Below, one piece after another: positions 1-8,898 of a stretch of 26,874 bases of DNA. The notes under the pieces were generated by a model. It was not told the origin of the DNA, ran no database searches, and was given only the letters and a program-made list of their open reading frames with translations. Location of the stretch: positions 1-26,874 of IMG/VR virus record IMGVR_UViG_3300032087_002889; one strand, 5' to 3'. A program made the translations under genes and the position numbers. Each line of letters opens with the position of its first letter. Within the stretch, counting starts at the first letter, position 1. The stretch is from a virus (taxonomy: Duplodnaviria > Caudoviricetes).

Positions 1-119
1 TGTTTAGCTTTAGCACCTTCACCAATCCTACTAAAAGCAGGAGCGGAAGTAGTTGCAAGAGTAGCCATGATAGCCATAGTAACTGCGAACTCAGCAAGAC
101 TATTTCCTTTATTCCACAA
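1..119 (-). CDS. Type IV prepilin-like protein, N-terminus only (runs off window)
   Basis: Not in the ORF track. TTG start at 119 with GGAG 9 nt upstream; translates MWNKG|NSLAEFAVTMAIMATLATTSAPAFSRIGEGAKAK: short basic leader, G at -1, E at +5, hydrophobic helix, P at +19 (class III signal peptide pattern with N at +1 instead of F). Confidence 0.75.
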   Translation of the reverse strand, partial: MWNKGNSLAEFAVTMAIMATLATTSAPAFSRIGEGAKAK

Positions 120-396
120 GAGTTGCTACTCCATCTACTAAAATATGTTTACCAACTTTAATTGCACCTATTGTATTATCATGCAAGTTTTGACACTCTG
201 CATCATAATCGGATTGGGCAGTAATCCAAGAATCTGTTCTTGATACTACCGCCCCATCACTTGTAATTACATAAGTATGTCCTTGTGCATCAAATGAAAC
301 TGTTTCTTCAGGACTAAACCTATAAGTATTAGTTTCACTTCCTCTAGGTTTAAATATATAAACCTTATGACCTTGAGCACATTTACGGACAAGCAT
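109..396 (-). CDS. Hypothetical protein (late operon)
   Basis: 95-aa ORF overlapping both neighbours; no recognised motif. Confidence 0.75.
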   Translation of the reverse strand: MLVRKCAQGHKVYIFKPRGSETNTYRFSPEETVSFDAQGHTYVITSDGAVVSRTDSWITAQSDYDAECQNLHDNTIGAIKVGKHILVDGVATLVE

Positions 397-629
397 TATG
401 CTTCTGCTTCTTCCTCTGATTCAGATTCCAAAGACTCTTTTAAACGATTGATAAACGCTTCTTTACCAACATTAAGCTGGTCTAAGTTAAAAGCAGTACC
501 ATTGATTTTGTTTTCTAGGTCTGCTATATGATTTACCATTGTCTTTTGCTCATCCGTTAGGTCATCTAACAAATATTCTTTGTCAAATAAGTTTAACTTT
601 TGAGGCTCGTTTTTTTGTTTTTTAGCCAT
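396..629 (-). CDS. Small acidic coiled-coil protein downstream of tail fibre
   Basis: 77 aa, AGGAG RBS, predicted helical (MVNHIADLENKI...KEAFINRLKESL). Confidence 0.8.
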   Translation of the reverse strand: MAKKQKNEPQKLNLFDKEYLLDDLTDEQKTMVNHIADLENKINGTAFNLDQLNVGKEAFINRLKESLESESEEEAEA

Positions 630-649
630 TGTGTTATACTCCTATGTTA

Positions 650-973
650 TTAAAGTGCTTCTAAGTCTGATTTGAGAGCTTCCCAATCAGCTTTTTCTGA
701 TTGTAGCCTAGATATTTCGTTATCTTTATCTGCAATCTCTCTATCAATTTCAGAGATTTCAAAAGACTGAACTGCATCATCTAAGGCTTGTCCATTCATT
801 GGATTAAATTGTTTCTTTACTAATTGCAATTCTTCATGTGATTCTTCAGCTTCTGCTTCACGAACTACATTTCCATCATCATCTAATACTTCGCTTACTG
901 CTTCTTTATCGATGATTTTTTGCTTTCGTACAGAACAACATTCATCCTCTTTACCTTGAATATAATTTATCAT
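650..973 (-). CDS. Acidic coiled-coil protein, possibly tail-fibre associated
   Basis: 107 aa; start overlaps the tail fibre stop (TAATG); AAGGA RBS. Confidence 0.75.
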   Translation of the reverse strand: MINYIQGKEDECCSVRKQKIIDKEAVSEVLDDDGNVVREAEAEESHEELQLVKKQFNPMNGQALDDAVQSFEISEIDREIADKDNEISRLQSEKADWEALKSDLEAL

Positions 974-3900
974 TATTTATCCTTGAGTTGTTGTTTAAGT
1001 TCATTTACTTCGGCACTTAGTTCTTGTACCGCTTTAATTAATGGAAGAACAAATGCTTCAAAAGATACGTTTTGTCTGCCATCAGGATTTACATCCCATC
1101 CGCTAAAAGTATCTACACCTTGTTTATCCAATGCTTGTTTTACTTCTTGAGCAATTAAACCATGTATGACTTTATCGCCACCCATAGGCTCTTTATCATT
1201 CTCATCATAAGCGTTCCATTCTTTTGGAAATTCGCTTGGTGATTTATGCTTATATGTTACTGGTCTTATATCGTTTATAAAGTCAAGACCTAGTGTATCA
1301 TCTTTAATTTCTTTCTTTTGTCTTTCATCAGAAGAGTGTGTCCAAGTAGCATTAGTATTGTAATCATTATAAATATGACTTGTATTATTACCAATATGCA
1401 CTCTTGAATCAGCAGTTCCAGTAAGACTTTTCCCAATCACAATTTGATTTGATGAATTATTAGCACTAGTATCTGCTGTATAACCTATAATTATATTATC
1501 TTCGCCAGTTGTTATTGTATCTCCTGATGAGTAACCTAAAGCAATATTTCTTCTTGCAGAAGAAACTGAGCCTAAAGTATTGTATCCTACAGAAGTATTC
1601 CAACTTCCATTCGCCCCACTTGCTCCTTGACCTGCTAAAGCACCTATATAAGTATTTACACCACCAGTTGCATTTGCTCCAGCTTTATCGCCAATGTAAG
1701 TATTACTATTTCCACCAGCATTATCTTCACCAGCTTCATACCCTAAAAATGTATTACTAGCACCAGTTGTAATTGAGCGACCTGATTCATATCCGATAGC
1801 CGTATTATTAGCACCTGACGTTAAAGCACCAAGAGCATTATAACCTATTGCTATTGTACCAGTTTGAGTATTAGTGCTAGTTGCATCCATTGCAAGAGAA
1901 CCAATTACAACACATTGTTTTAATTCACCAGTACCGCCTTGACCTGATGCATTTCCAATTAAAACATTATGGTCTGCATTATCATTGTTTATATATCTAC
2001 CAGCGTAATCTCCAATAATAGTATTGTTATTTTCTCCATTATCAGCAGTTTGAAATGCTCCACGACCAAGAATAACATTACTTGAGTTATTAGTCATTGC
2101 ATAACCAGATTGATAACCTATGGCAATATTATTAGCACCTGTTGTCAAAGCATTAAGAGCTTGTCTACCTATTGCTATTTGACCAGTAGATTGACCACCA
2201 CTTGTTTTTCTAAGAGCATCTGTACCTATAGCAATGTTATGGTCTATTGTTACTCCACCAGTTCCTAAATCAGCACCACTTAAAGCATTAACACCTATTG
2301 CAATATTGTAATCAATATGTCCGCTTGTGCCTTCATCCATAGTTGACATTGAATTATAACCTATTGCAATATTTCCTATTTCTCCAGCACCTAAAGAATT
2401 ACTAGCACCATATCCAAGTGCTGTATTTCTCTGCCCACTAGTAATTGCATTTAAAGCACTATAACCCACTGCTACATTATTACCACCAGTTGTAACCCCA
2501 TTTAAAGCACTATGTCCTACTCCAACATTGGCACTATTATTATTTCCAGTAACACCTTGACCAGCTAATGCACCTATATATACATTAGAACTTAAATTTC
2601 CATTTGCACCAGCACTTTTACCAATAAAAACATTTTCATCTCCACCAGTAGTTGCATAACCAGCTCCGTAACCGATTGCAAGATTATAAAGACCATTATT
2701 ATTATATAAAGATTGATAGCCTATTGCTATACCATACACGCCACCAGTACCAACTCCCATTGCTTGATTACCAATAGCAATAGTTCTATTACCAGTTGCA
2801 TTTAAACCAGCATTTAATCCTATTATTACACAATTTGTAGCACCAGTGCTATCTCTACCAGCACTATGTCCAATATAAACTCCATTGTTTACATCTGTAA
2901 CGCTTTTACCAGCTTGATATCCTATTGCAGTTATTCCTGAAGCACTAGTGATTGAAAGTAAACTTTGATAACCTACAGCAATATTGTTATTATGCGAATT
3001 ACCACTAGCACTTTTCATTGATTCATAACCAATGGCTACATTATAATCTCCATTTACATTATTTTGCAATGATAAGTATCCATTAGAAACATTTCCAATA
3101 CCAGTATCATTCTGATATTGACTTCTATAACCTATAGCATGATTTCTTTGTTTTCCGCCACTTCCTATTTGCATAGCACCAGCACCAATAGCAATATTAG
3201 AACCATTTCCACTTACATGAGATTGTAATGCTTCTGCACCAACTGCAACGTTACTACCTGATGTTGTATTATCTCTTAATGCCCTATAACCTAAAGCTAC
3301 ATTAGAAGCAGAAGTTGTATTACTTTGAAGTGCAGTATATCCTAATGCTACATTGTTGCCACCAGTAGTAGCTCCTTTTAATGCCTCATATCCAACTGCT
3401 GTATTATTACTATGCGAATTGCCTGATACACCTTCTAAAGCACCTTTACCGATTGCTACATTAGCACTTCCAGTTTGATTTCTATATAAACTTTGTATGC
3501 CTAATGCGGTATTATATCCACCAGTAGTAATTCCAAGCATTGAAGTATGCCCAATAGCGGTGTTTTCCGTAGCAGTAGTAATATTTGTCAAACTTTGATA
3601 ACCTACAGCGGTATTGTTTGAATGTGAATTACCACCAGAACCCAACATTGATTCATGTCCAATAGCGACATTATTACTTCCAGTTTGATTTAATGCATTA
3701 GCATTATAACCAATAGCTATAGTTTTTTCACCAGTAGTTAAATATTTTGAAGTGCTTTTTCCTAGTCCTACATTATAACTACTACTAGTAACAGAATTTA
3801 ATGATTCATGCCCTACTGCTACACTATTACTACCAGTAGTAATTGAGTATAAACTTTGATAGCCTACAGCAGTATTGTTGGAATTTGAGTTTCCGCTAGC

Positions 3901-5484
3901 ACCTCGCATAGCTTCAACACCTATTGCGGTATTGAACTCTCCAGTTTGATTATAATACCCAGTAGAATAACCTATCATCGTATTGTCATTGCCAGTAGTT
4001 ATATTATAACCTGCACCATTTCCTAGTAGTGAATTAAATGAACCTGATGTCATTTCAAAACCAGCTTCTTTACCTACCGCAACATCATGATTACCAGTTG
4101 TAATTTTATATAAACTTCGATACCCTACAGCAGTGCCATTAGAATGTGAATTGCTAATAACACCATACATTGCTTGATTACCTATTGCAACATTATAAAG
4201 TCCAGTTTGATTAAATCTTAATGCATTTGCACCAACACCAACGTTTTGTTTATCGCCAGTTTGAGAATATAAAGACCTGTAACCAACTGCGACAGAATAA
4301 TCTCCATCTGTATCTGTATATAAAGATTCATATCCTAATGCAGTATTATGTCCGCCAGTAGTTAAATTATAACCACTTCTATATCCATATAAAACATTTG
4401 AATGAGCAGTTGTTATATCATAACCAGCTTGATAACCTATTATTGTACTACTAGAAGCACTAGTGATATTATAACCTGCTTGTACTCCAATTCCGATATT
4501 ATACTGACCACTAGTAATAAAATTGTGAGAGAAATAACCAACAGATACATTACCACTTCCAGTTGGAGCAATTCCACTAGTACCACCATATTGAGAAAAA
4601 GCACCTAAAGCAGTATTTTGAACACCACCAGTTCTATTATATTGCGACCTATGACCAACCGCAACATTGTAAGTATCTCCACTAGCATTATAAAATTTTA
4701 AAGACTCTTGTCCTATTGCAATATTTCTTCCATCATCATCCGCACTTTGTAAGGCTGAATACCCAATAGCTACATTTCCATCTCCAGTAGTGATATTTGC
4801 ACCAGCATTTTCTCCAAAAAAAGCACTATAATTACCACCACTAGCTAAGTCATTTCCAGCATTTTTACCAAAGACTGTATTTGATGTACCACTATCATTA
4901 TTAGATAGACTAATGCGAGAGTTGTCATCAATTATAAATCTTGTATTACTATTAGGTTGAAAACGAATATCACTACCACTTTTTATATAAAATGGGTCAG
5001 CATCTGTATGAAATAATTCATTTCCATCAATTTGTAAATTGTATGTTCCATCGTAAATATGTAAAATTTTTGACGGCGAGGATGTGCCGATACCAACCTT
5101 ACCATCGTTAGCAATGGTCATCATTTCTTGGACATTATTTGTATTATCAGTATAAAATCCAAAACGACCTTGATTTATACCTTCGTAAATATATCTAATA
5201 TATCCATCAGCGGTATCAGCTCTAAGATGTAATTGAGAATATGCTCCACCTGTACTTGAAGTATTTTCTATTCGAAGTCCTTTTTCAAATAGACCAACTC
5301 CTGTATCTGTTGAAGTTGTTGTGTTATCTGTGTATTGAACACTTAATTTACCTTGTACTATCTCATCATAAGCAAAACTACCACCACCCTCAACTTTAAA
5401 ATCTCCAGTAATAGTTAAATCGCCATCAACTGTACCGCCACTAGCTAAACCAGCACTTACATTACTTATCATTGATTTTAGCAT
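973..5484 (-). CDS. Long tail fibre/spike with 17-aa NxAxG repeats and C-terminal intramolecular chaperone (peptidase S74/ICA)
   Basis: 1503 aa; GKVGIGTSSP motif; roughly 60 or more (N)(T/V)A(I/V)GYxxL repeats; C-terminal SSDERQKKEI...IRPVTY...HGLIAQEV...LIKAVQEL plus coiled coil, the S74 signature. Confidence 0.9.
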   Translation of the reverse strand: MLKSMISNVSAGLASGGTVDGDLTITGDFKVEGGGSFAYDEIVQGKLSVQYTDNTTTSTDTGVGLFEKGLRIENTSSTGGAYSQLHLRADTADGYIRYIYEGINQGRFGFYTDNTNNVQEMMTIANDGKVGIGTSSPSKILHIYDGTYNLQIDGNELFHTDADPFYIKSGSDIRFQPNSNTRFIIDDNSRISLSNNDSGTSNTVFGKNAGNDLASGGNYSAFFGENAGANITTGDGNVAIGYSALQSADDDGRNIAIGQESLKFYNASGDTYNVAVGHRSQYNRTGGVQNTALGAFSQYGGTSGIAPTGSGNVSVGYFSHNFITSGQYNIGIGVQAGYNITSASSSTIIGYQAGYDITTAHSNVLYGYRSGYNLTTGGHNTALGYESLYTDTDGDYSVAVGYRSLYSQTGDKQNVGVGANALRFNQTGLYNVAIGNQAMYGVISNSHSNGTAVGYRSLYKITTGNHDVAVGKEAGFEMTSGSFNSLLGNGAGYNITTGNDNTMIGYSTGYYNQTGEFNTAIGVEAMRGASGNSNSNNTAVGYQSLYSITTGSNSVAVGHESLNSVTSSSYNVGLGKSTSKYLTTGEKTIAIGYNANALNQTGSNNVAIGHESMLGSGGNSHSNNTAVGYQSLTNITTATENTAIGHTSMLGITTGGYNTALGIQSLYRNQTGSANVAIGKGALEGVSGNSHSNNTAVGYEALKGATTGGNNVALGYTALQSNTTSASNVALGYRALRDNTTSGSNVAVGAEALQSHVSGNGSNIAIGAGAMQIGSGGKQRNHAIGYRSQYQNDTGIGNVSNGYLSLQNNVNGDYNVAIGYESMKSASGNSHNNNIAVGYQSLLSITSASGITAIGYQAGKSVTDVNNGVYIGHSAGRDSTGATNCVIIGLNAGLNATGNRTIAIGNQAMGVGTGGVYGIAIGYQSLYNNNGLYNLAIGYGAGYATTGGDENVFIGKSAGANGNLSSNVYIGALAGQGVTGNNNSANVGVGHSALNGVTTGGNNVAVGYSALNAITSGQRNTALGYGASNSLGAGEIGNIAIGYNSMSTMDEGTSGHIDYNIAIGVNALSGADLGTGGVTIDHNIAIGTDALRKTSGGQSTGQIAIGRQALNALTTGANNIAIGYQSGYAMTNNSSNVILGRGAFQTADNGENNNTIIGDYAGRYINNDNADHNVLIGNASGQGGTGELKQCVVIGSLAMDATSTNTQTGTIAIGYNALGALTSGANNTAIGYESGRSITTGASNTFLGYEAGEDNAGGNSNTYIGDKAGANATGGVNTYIGALAGQGASGANGSWNTSVGYNTLGSVSSARRNIALGYSSGDTITTGEDNIIIGYTADTSANNSSNQIVIGKSLTGTADSRVHIGNNTSHIYNDYNTNATWTHSSDERQKKEIKDDTLGLDFINDIRPVTYKHKSPSEFPKEWNAYDENDKEPMGGDKVIHGLIAQEVKQALDKQGVDTFSGWDVNPDGRQNVSFEAFVLPLIKAVQELSAEVNELKQQLKDK
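1440..4890 (-). repeat. Degenerate 51-bp (17-codon) tandem repeat array in the tail fibre
   Basis: Recurrent NTAVGYQSL-type units; NS(H/N)(S/N)N variant at ~4145, 3884, 3623, 3413, 2993 (spacings 87, 87, 70, 140 aa). Array boundaries approximate. Confidence 0.85.
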
Positions 5485-5822
5485 TCTACTATCCTAACTG
5501 CTCCAGTTGTTGTTGAGGTTGAGTTATAATTAAAATAGATCGTATTGCCCAAGCCTCTTGGAACTGTAATAAATGTGAGTGTGTTCTTTGGAATTAATAA
5601 ATCGTTTGAAGCATTTACATCTGTTTCACTAGATGCGAAGTTAAAATAAATCTCTACTGCACTATAAATACCTACAGATCCTGTAGATGCTTTGAGTAGT
5701 TGATGTGATGTGTTTGCTACATCAGCACTAGAACCTGCTGTCCCTGCTGATGCTACAGTCCATTCTCCCCCGACTGTAGTATTTAATGCTTCCTGTACTG
5801 AATATCTGTGAGTATCTGCCAT
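5478..5822 (-). CDS. Putative virion structural protein (beta-rich)
   Basis: 114 aa, T/S/G-rich, GGGAG RBS, lies between capsid and fibre genes. Confidence 0.7.
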   Translation of the reverse strand: MADTHRYSVQEALNTTVGGEWTVASAGTAGSSADVANTSHQLLKASTGSVGIYSAVEIYFNFASSETDVNASNDLLIPKNTLTFITVPRGLGNTIYFNYNSTSTTTGAVRIVEC

Positions 5823-5843
5823 TTTTCTCCCTCTCTAAGCTAT

Positions 5844-5871
5844 GACACAAGCGTGAACGAGACTTGTAGTC
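5844..5871 (-). other. Intergenic RNA hairpin in the late transcript
   Basis: Minus strand GAC(U)ACAAG-ucucguucacg-CUUGUGUC. Confidence 0.45.
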
Positions 5872-5874
5872 TAA

Positions 5875-6045
5875 TTATTTTTTCTTTTTCTTTTTGACCT
5901 TTTTAAACGGAGATAGGTCATCTTCTCCCTTTACCCTTATAAATCCTGCTTGTTCAAGCAATTCTAATTTTTCAGGGTGTTTACTAAAGACTTCATCTTC
6001 AAGTCTTTCTAGTTTTGCTAATTTCTCTGAATACCAATATTGCAT
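5875..6045 (-). CDS. Small protein after major capsid with poly-Lys tail
   Basis: Not in the ORF track; 56 aa MQYWYSEKLAKLERLEDE...SPFKKVKKKKKK; AGGAG RBS. Confidence 0.75.
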   Translation of the reverse strand: MQYWYSEKLAKLERLEDEVFSKHPEKLELLEQAGFIRVKGEDDLSPFKKVKKKKKK

Positions 6046-6060
6046 GTTATCTCCTAGTTA

Positions 6061-6087
6061 TTGGGGGCATGAAAAACACACCCCCAA
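6061..6087 (-). terminator. GC-rich hairpin just downstream of the capsid gene (partial terminator or mRNA stabiliser)
   Basis: UUGGGGGUGUG-UUUUU-CAUGCCCCCAA, 11-bp stem 10 nt after the MCP stop; no strong U-tract. Confidence 0.6.
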
Positions 6088-6097
6088 CTATTACTAA

Positions 6098-6991
6098 TTA
6101 AGTTACGTTTGTAAACTTAACACCTTTGATGTTATCAGAATCGTCAATGAGTTTTACTCCGTAAAGTAAATCACTAACAACTTTAGTACCAAGAGCATCG
6201 ATTGAATACTCGCTCTGTACCCTGACATCGTTTTGAACTGCTATTACACAAGCAGACTTGTGAAATACAGCTCCAGGAATTGTAGTTGCAGTACCACCAG
6301 TAGAAACTGTGTTTGACATATAAACATCAATTCCATATAGTGAACCAACTAGACCTGATCTTAAACCACGATTACCTTCACCGACTGCATCATTTCTAAT
6401 GAAATACTGAGCAATACCAGCAGATGGGTTAAGTATATCTGCAAATAGAGTTGGATTAACAACCATTGCACACTCACCATCCATGTAAGGAATATCGTTC
6501 TCACCTAAAATAGCGAGTACGCTTTCAAATACACCAGCAGTTAATGTGTCATCAGCAGAAAGAGCTTGAGATTGATTTAAGCCATCTAACTCAGCCCAAA
6601 TATCAGCATCAACTTGACGAGCAAGAGCCTCACCCATCATTCTTGAATACTTTTCTACTAAGTCAGCTTCTGATTGAATCATTAATACATCTTCAAATAA
6701 TTTTGCGACATATTTATGTTTATTAATTGTTAATTGAGTTTCTGTGGTTGCAGTTGCATCATAAGAGACATCTGTACCAGCATTTTTATCTGTAGCACCT
6801 ATCAAAGACATTTCAGGAATATGAATTACATCCCCATAACCTTTTCCTGCAACAAGAGCAGAATAATCTTCTACTAACCCACGAAAGACAGTTTTTCTTT
6901 CAAAGAATTTGTAGATACCATCAGCCCAAATTTCAGGTATAAAATGTTGGTCGGTTGATACTGTACTAGGATTTCCAGAATAAGTTGCCAT
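6098..6991 (-). CDS. Major capsid protein (HK97 fold)
   Basis: 297 aa; FIPEIW, GDVIHIP, LTINKHKY, GEALARQVD, GSLYGIDVYMSN, DLLYGVK motifs typical of phage coat proteins; follows the scaffold gene. Confidence 0.9.
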   Translation of the reverse strand: MATYSGNPSTVSTDQHFIPEIWADGIYKFFERKTVFRGLVEDYSALVAGKGYGDVIHIPEMSLIGATDKNAGTDVSYDATATTETQLTINKHKYVAKLFEDVLMIQSEADLVEKYSRMMGEALARQVDADIWAELDGLNQSQALSADDTLTAGVFESVLAILGENDIPYMDGECAMVVNPTLFADILNPSAGIAQYFIRNDAVGEGNRGLRSGLVGSLYGIDVYMSNTVSTGGTATTIPGAVFHKSACVIAVQNDVRVQSEYSIDALGTKVVSDLLYGVKLIDDSDNIKGVKFTNVT

Positions 6992-6996
6992 TTATT

Positions 6997-7500
6997 TTAC
7001 CTTTTCATGTATGACTCCAATATTGTATTCCAGTTCTTTCTTCTGTCTGCTCCTGACATTTCAGTCCAATCTCCTACTTGTTTAGTTGGGATTGTTCCTT
7101 TATTATCAGGTGGGTTTACAACTTCTACGTTAGTAAACTCTTCAACAATACTTAAAAGAACTTCTGTATCAACATTGGCAAATTTTTCTCGTTTATTTTC
7201 AGGAAGTTGAGCTAAAGCACCTTCACGAAGTCTTGCATCCATTGTTTCCCATCTTTCCTTATAAGGCTTGTAGGATTCAATTTCACCAGCAAGATCTGCA
7301 TTTAGTTCTTGCCATTTTTCTTCTTCACGAAGTTTTGCTCTTCGTTCTTCTTCCTCTTTACTTTTAAATGACTCAAGTGCTTCACGAAGGTTATTTCTTT
7401 CGTTAATAACTTCGTTCAATCTTGAAATCGGTACATTGTTTTCGACTTGTGTGTCGGCTTCCTGTTTTACATCTGTTTCGATGGTTGTTTCTTCTGACAT
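6997..7500 (-). CDS. Capsid scaffolding protein
   Basis: Acidic coiled coil with VPISRLNEVINERN motif directly upstream of MCP; GAGGT RBS. Confidence 0.8.
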   Translation of the reverse strand: MSEETTIETDVKQEADTQVENNVPISRLNEVINERNNLREALESFKSKEEEERRAKLREEEKWQELNADLAGEIESYKPYKERWETMDARLREGALAQLPENKREKFANVDTEVLLSIVEEFTNVEVVNPPDNKGTIPTKQVGDWTEMSGADRRKNWNTILESYMKR

Positions 7501-7540
7501 TTTAACCTCTTCAGTGAGTTATGAAATTGCAAGAATTACC

Positions 7541-7591
7541 CTTGCATTAATATATGGTATAATATAAATTAGTACATTAATCTAATGCAAG
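7541..7591. promoter_or_regulatory. Interlocked bidirectional sigma70-like promoter for terL (+) and scaffold/capsid (-)
   Basis: Plus: TTGCAT(7542)-N17-TAAATT(7565). Minus: TTGCAT(7590-7585)-N18-TATATT(7566-7561). The ends form a perfect 9-bp inverted repeat CTTGCATTA/TAATGCAAG. Confidence 0.6.
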
Positions 7592-8898
7592 AAAAAAATT
7601 ACGAATTTAAAAAAAAGTGGTTTGATTATTTAGGTTATAAACCACATCAAGGGCAACTGCCTTTACATTTTCCTAAAAAGCAAGATGCTAGATTTCAAGT
7701 TGTAGTATGTGGCAGAAGATTTGGGAAAACTTGGGCAAGTGCTATGGAGGCTACTTATGTAGCATCGCAACCTAATAAACGAATATGGGTTGTAGGTATG
7801 TCCTACAAGAAAGCTAGGCTTATATTTAGAGAAATATGGCAGAGAATGGTTATAGGACACCCTGATGATGTTGATAAAGCATCAGAAAAAGATATGTATA
7901 TTCGTTTTAAGTGGGGAACTATTGTAGAGGGAATGTCAGCAGATAATCCTTCTAGTCTTGTGGGAGAAGGTCTTGACCTACTTGTAATTGATGAGGTTGC
8001 CAAGATGAATAAGAAGATATGGGATATGTATTTATCTCCTACGGTAGCAGGTAGAAAGGGAAAAGTTATTTTTATTACAACACCTGAGGGTAGAAACTGG
8101 ATATATGATTTGTTTAAATTAGGCAGAGATGATCCTATGTGGGAAAGTCATAGCTCCCCATCGTGGATAAATGAGCATGAGTTTCCATTAGGTATTGAAG
8201 ATCCTGCTATAATAGAAAGAAAGAGAAATATGTCCAAAGAATTATTTGGTCAGGAGTTTGGTGCAGAGTTTTCTGTATTTGAGGGTAAAGTTTGGGATTT
8301 TAACAGAGATTTAGATGTTGGACACTATCCTTATAACCCTAATTTGCCTACATACTGTAGTATTGACTTTGGTTACAGGCAACCTGCTGTTTTATTTTTA
8401 CAAACAGAGTTTGATGGCAGTATTGACCATATTAGAATATTTGACTCTATATTACACAAACAAAACATTAAAACAGAAGATTTAATCAAAATGATTAAAA
8501 CAAAAGGCTATCCTATACTATCTTATTATGGCGATCCTGCTGGTAGCAATGTTCAAGGACAGAGTGGTGCAGGAGATATGGAGATATTTAGGAGAAGTGG
8601 TATTAGAATTTTATCAACTAGAGATAGAATGAGCAGAAATCTTGTGGCTAGTGTAGCTTATACTAGAGGATTTTTTGAAAGTGCTGATGGAGTAAGGAGA
8701 GTGCATGTAGATACAAGATGTAAGGAAATAATAGAAGATTTTGAAGAATATAGGTATCCTGAGAGTGAAGATGGCAAACCAATTAAAGAAGAACCATTGA
8801 AAGATGGTTTTCACGATCACGGAAACGATGCATTTAGGTATTTTATAATCAATAGATTTCCGATGAGAAATCAAGAAATGAAGAGGATTCAAAGATAA
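7585..8898 (+). CDS. terL: Terminase large subunit
   Basis: HQGQ Q-motif, Walker A CGRRFGKT, Walker B LLVIDE, ITTPEG coupling motif, RNase H-like nuclease IDFG...GDPAG...DHGNDAFRY. Confidence 0.95.
   Translation: MQEKNYEFKKKWFDYLGYKPHQGQLPLHFPKKQDARFQVVVCGRRFGKTWASAMEATYVASQPNKRIWVVGMSYKKARLIFREIWQRMVIGHPDDVDKASEKDMYIRFKWGTIVEGMSADNPSSLVGEGLDLLVIDEVAKMNKKIWDMYLSPTVAGRKGKVIFITTPEGRNWIYDLFKLGRDDPMWESHSSPSWINEHEFPLGIEDPAIIERKRNMSKELFGQEFGAEFSVFEGKVWDFNRDLDVGHYPYNPNLPTYCSIDFGYRQPAVLFLQTEFDGSIDHIRIFDSILHKQNIKTEDLIKMIKTKGYPILSYYGDPAGSNVQGQSGAGDMEIFRRSGIRILSTRDRMSRNLVASVAYTRGFFESADGVRRVHVDTRCKEIIEDFEEYRYPESEDGKPIKEEPLKDGFHDHGNDAFRYFIINRFPMRNQEMKRIQR

Noticed and set aside
920-4608. Plus-strand ORFs 920-1150, 1509-1760 and 4402-4608
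   Set aside because: Antisense shadows of the tail fibre gene with no RBS or protein-like composition.
1440-4890. Tail-fibre repeats as a CRISPR array or DGR template
   Set aside because: In-frame degenerate coding repeats; no identical repeat-spacer structure, no reverse transcriptase, no TR/VR pair seen.
5855-5865. 11-nt identity GAACGAGACTT with 19899-19909, a possible antisense to helicase mRNA
   Set aside because: Short, mid-ORF and compatible with chance.
5894-7210. Plus-strand ORFs 5894-6097, 6544-6726 and 7007-7210
   Set aside because: Antisense to real minus-strand genes, including the unlisted 5875-6045 ORF.
7862-7890. CTGATGA...GAAA hammerhead-like core in terL
   Set aside because: No valid stem I or stem III and no NUH site; lies in coding sequence.
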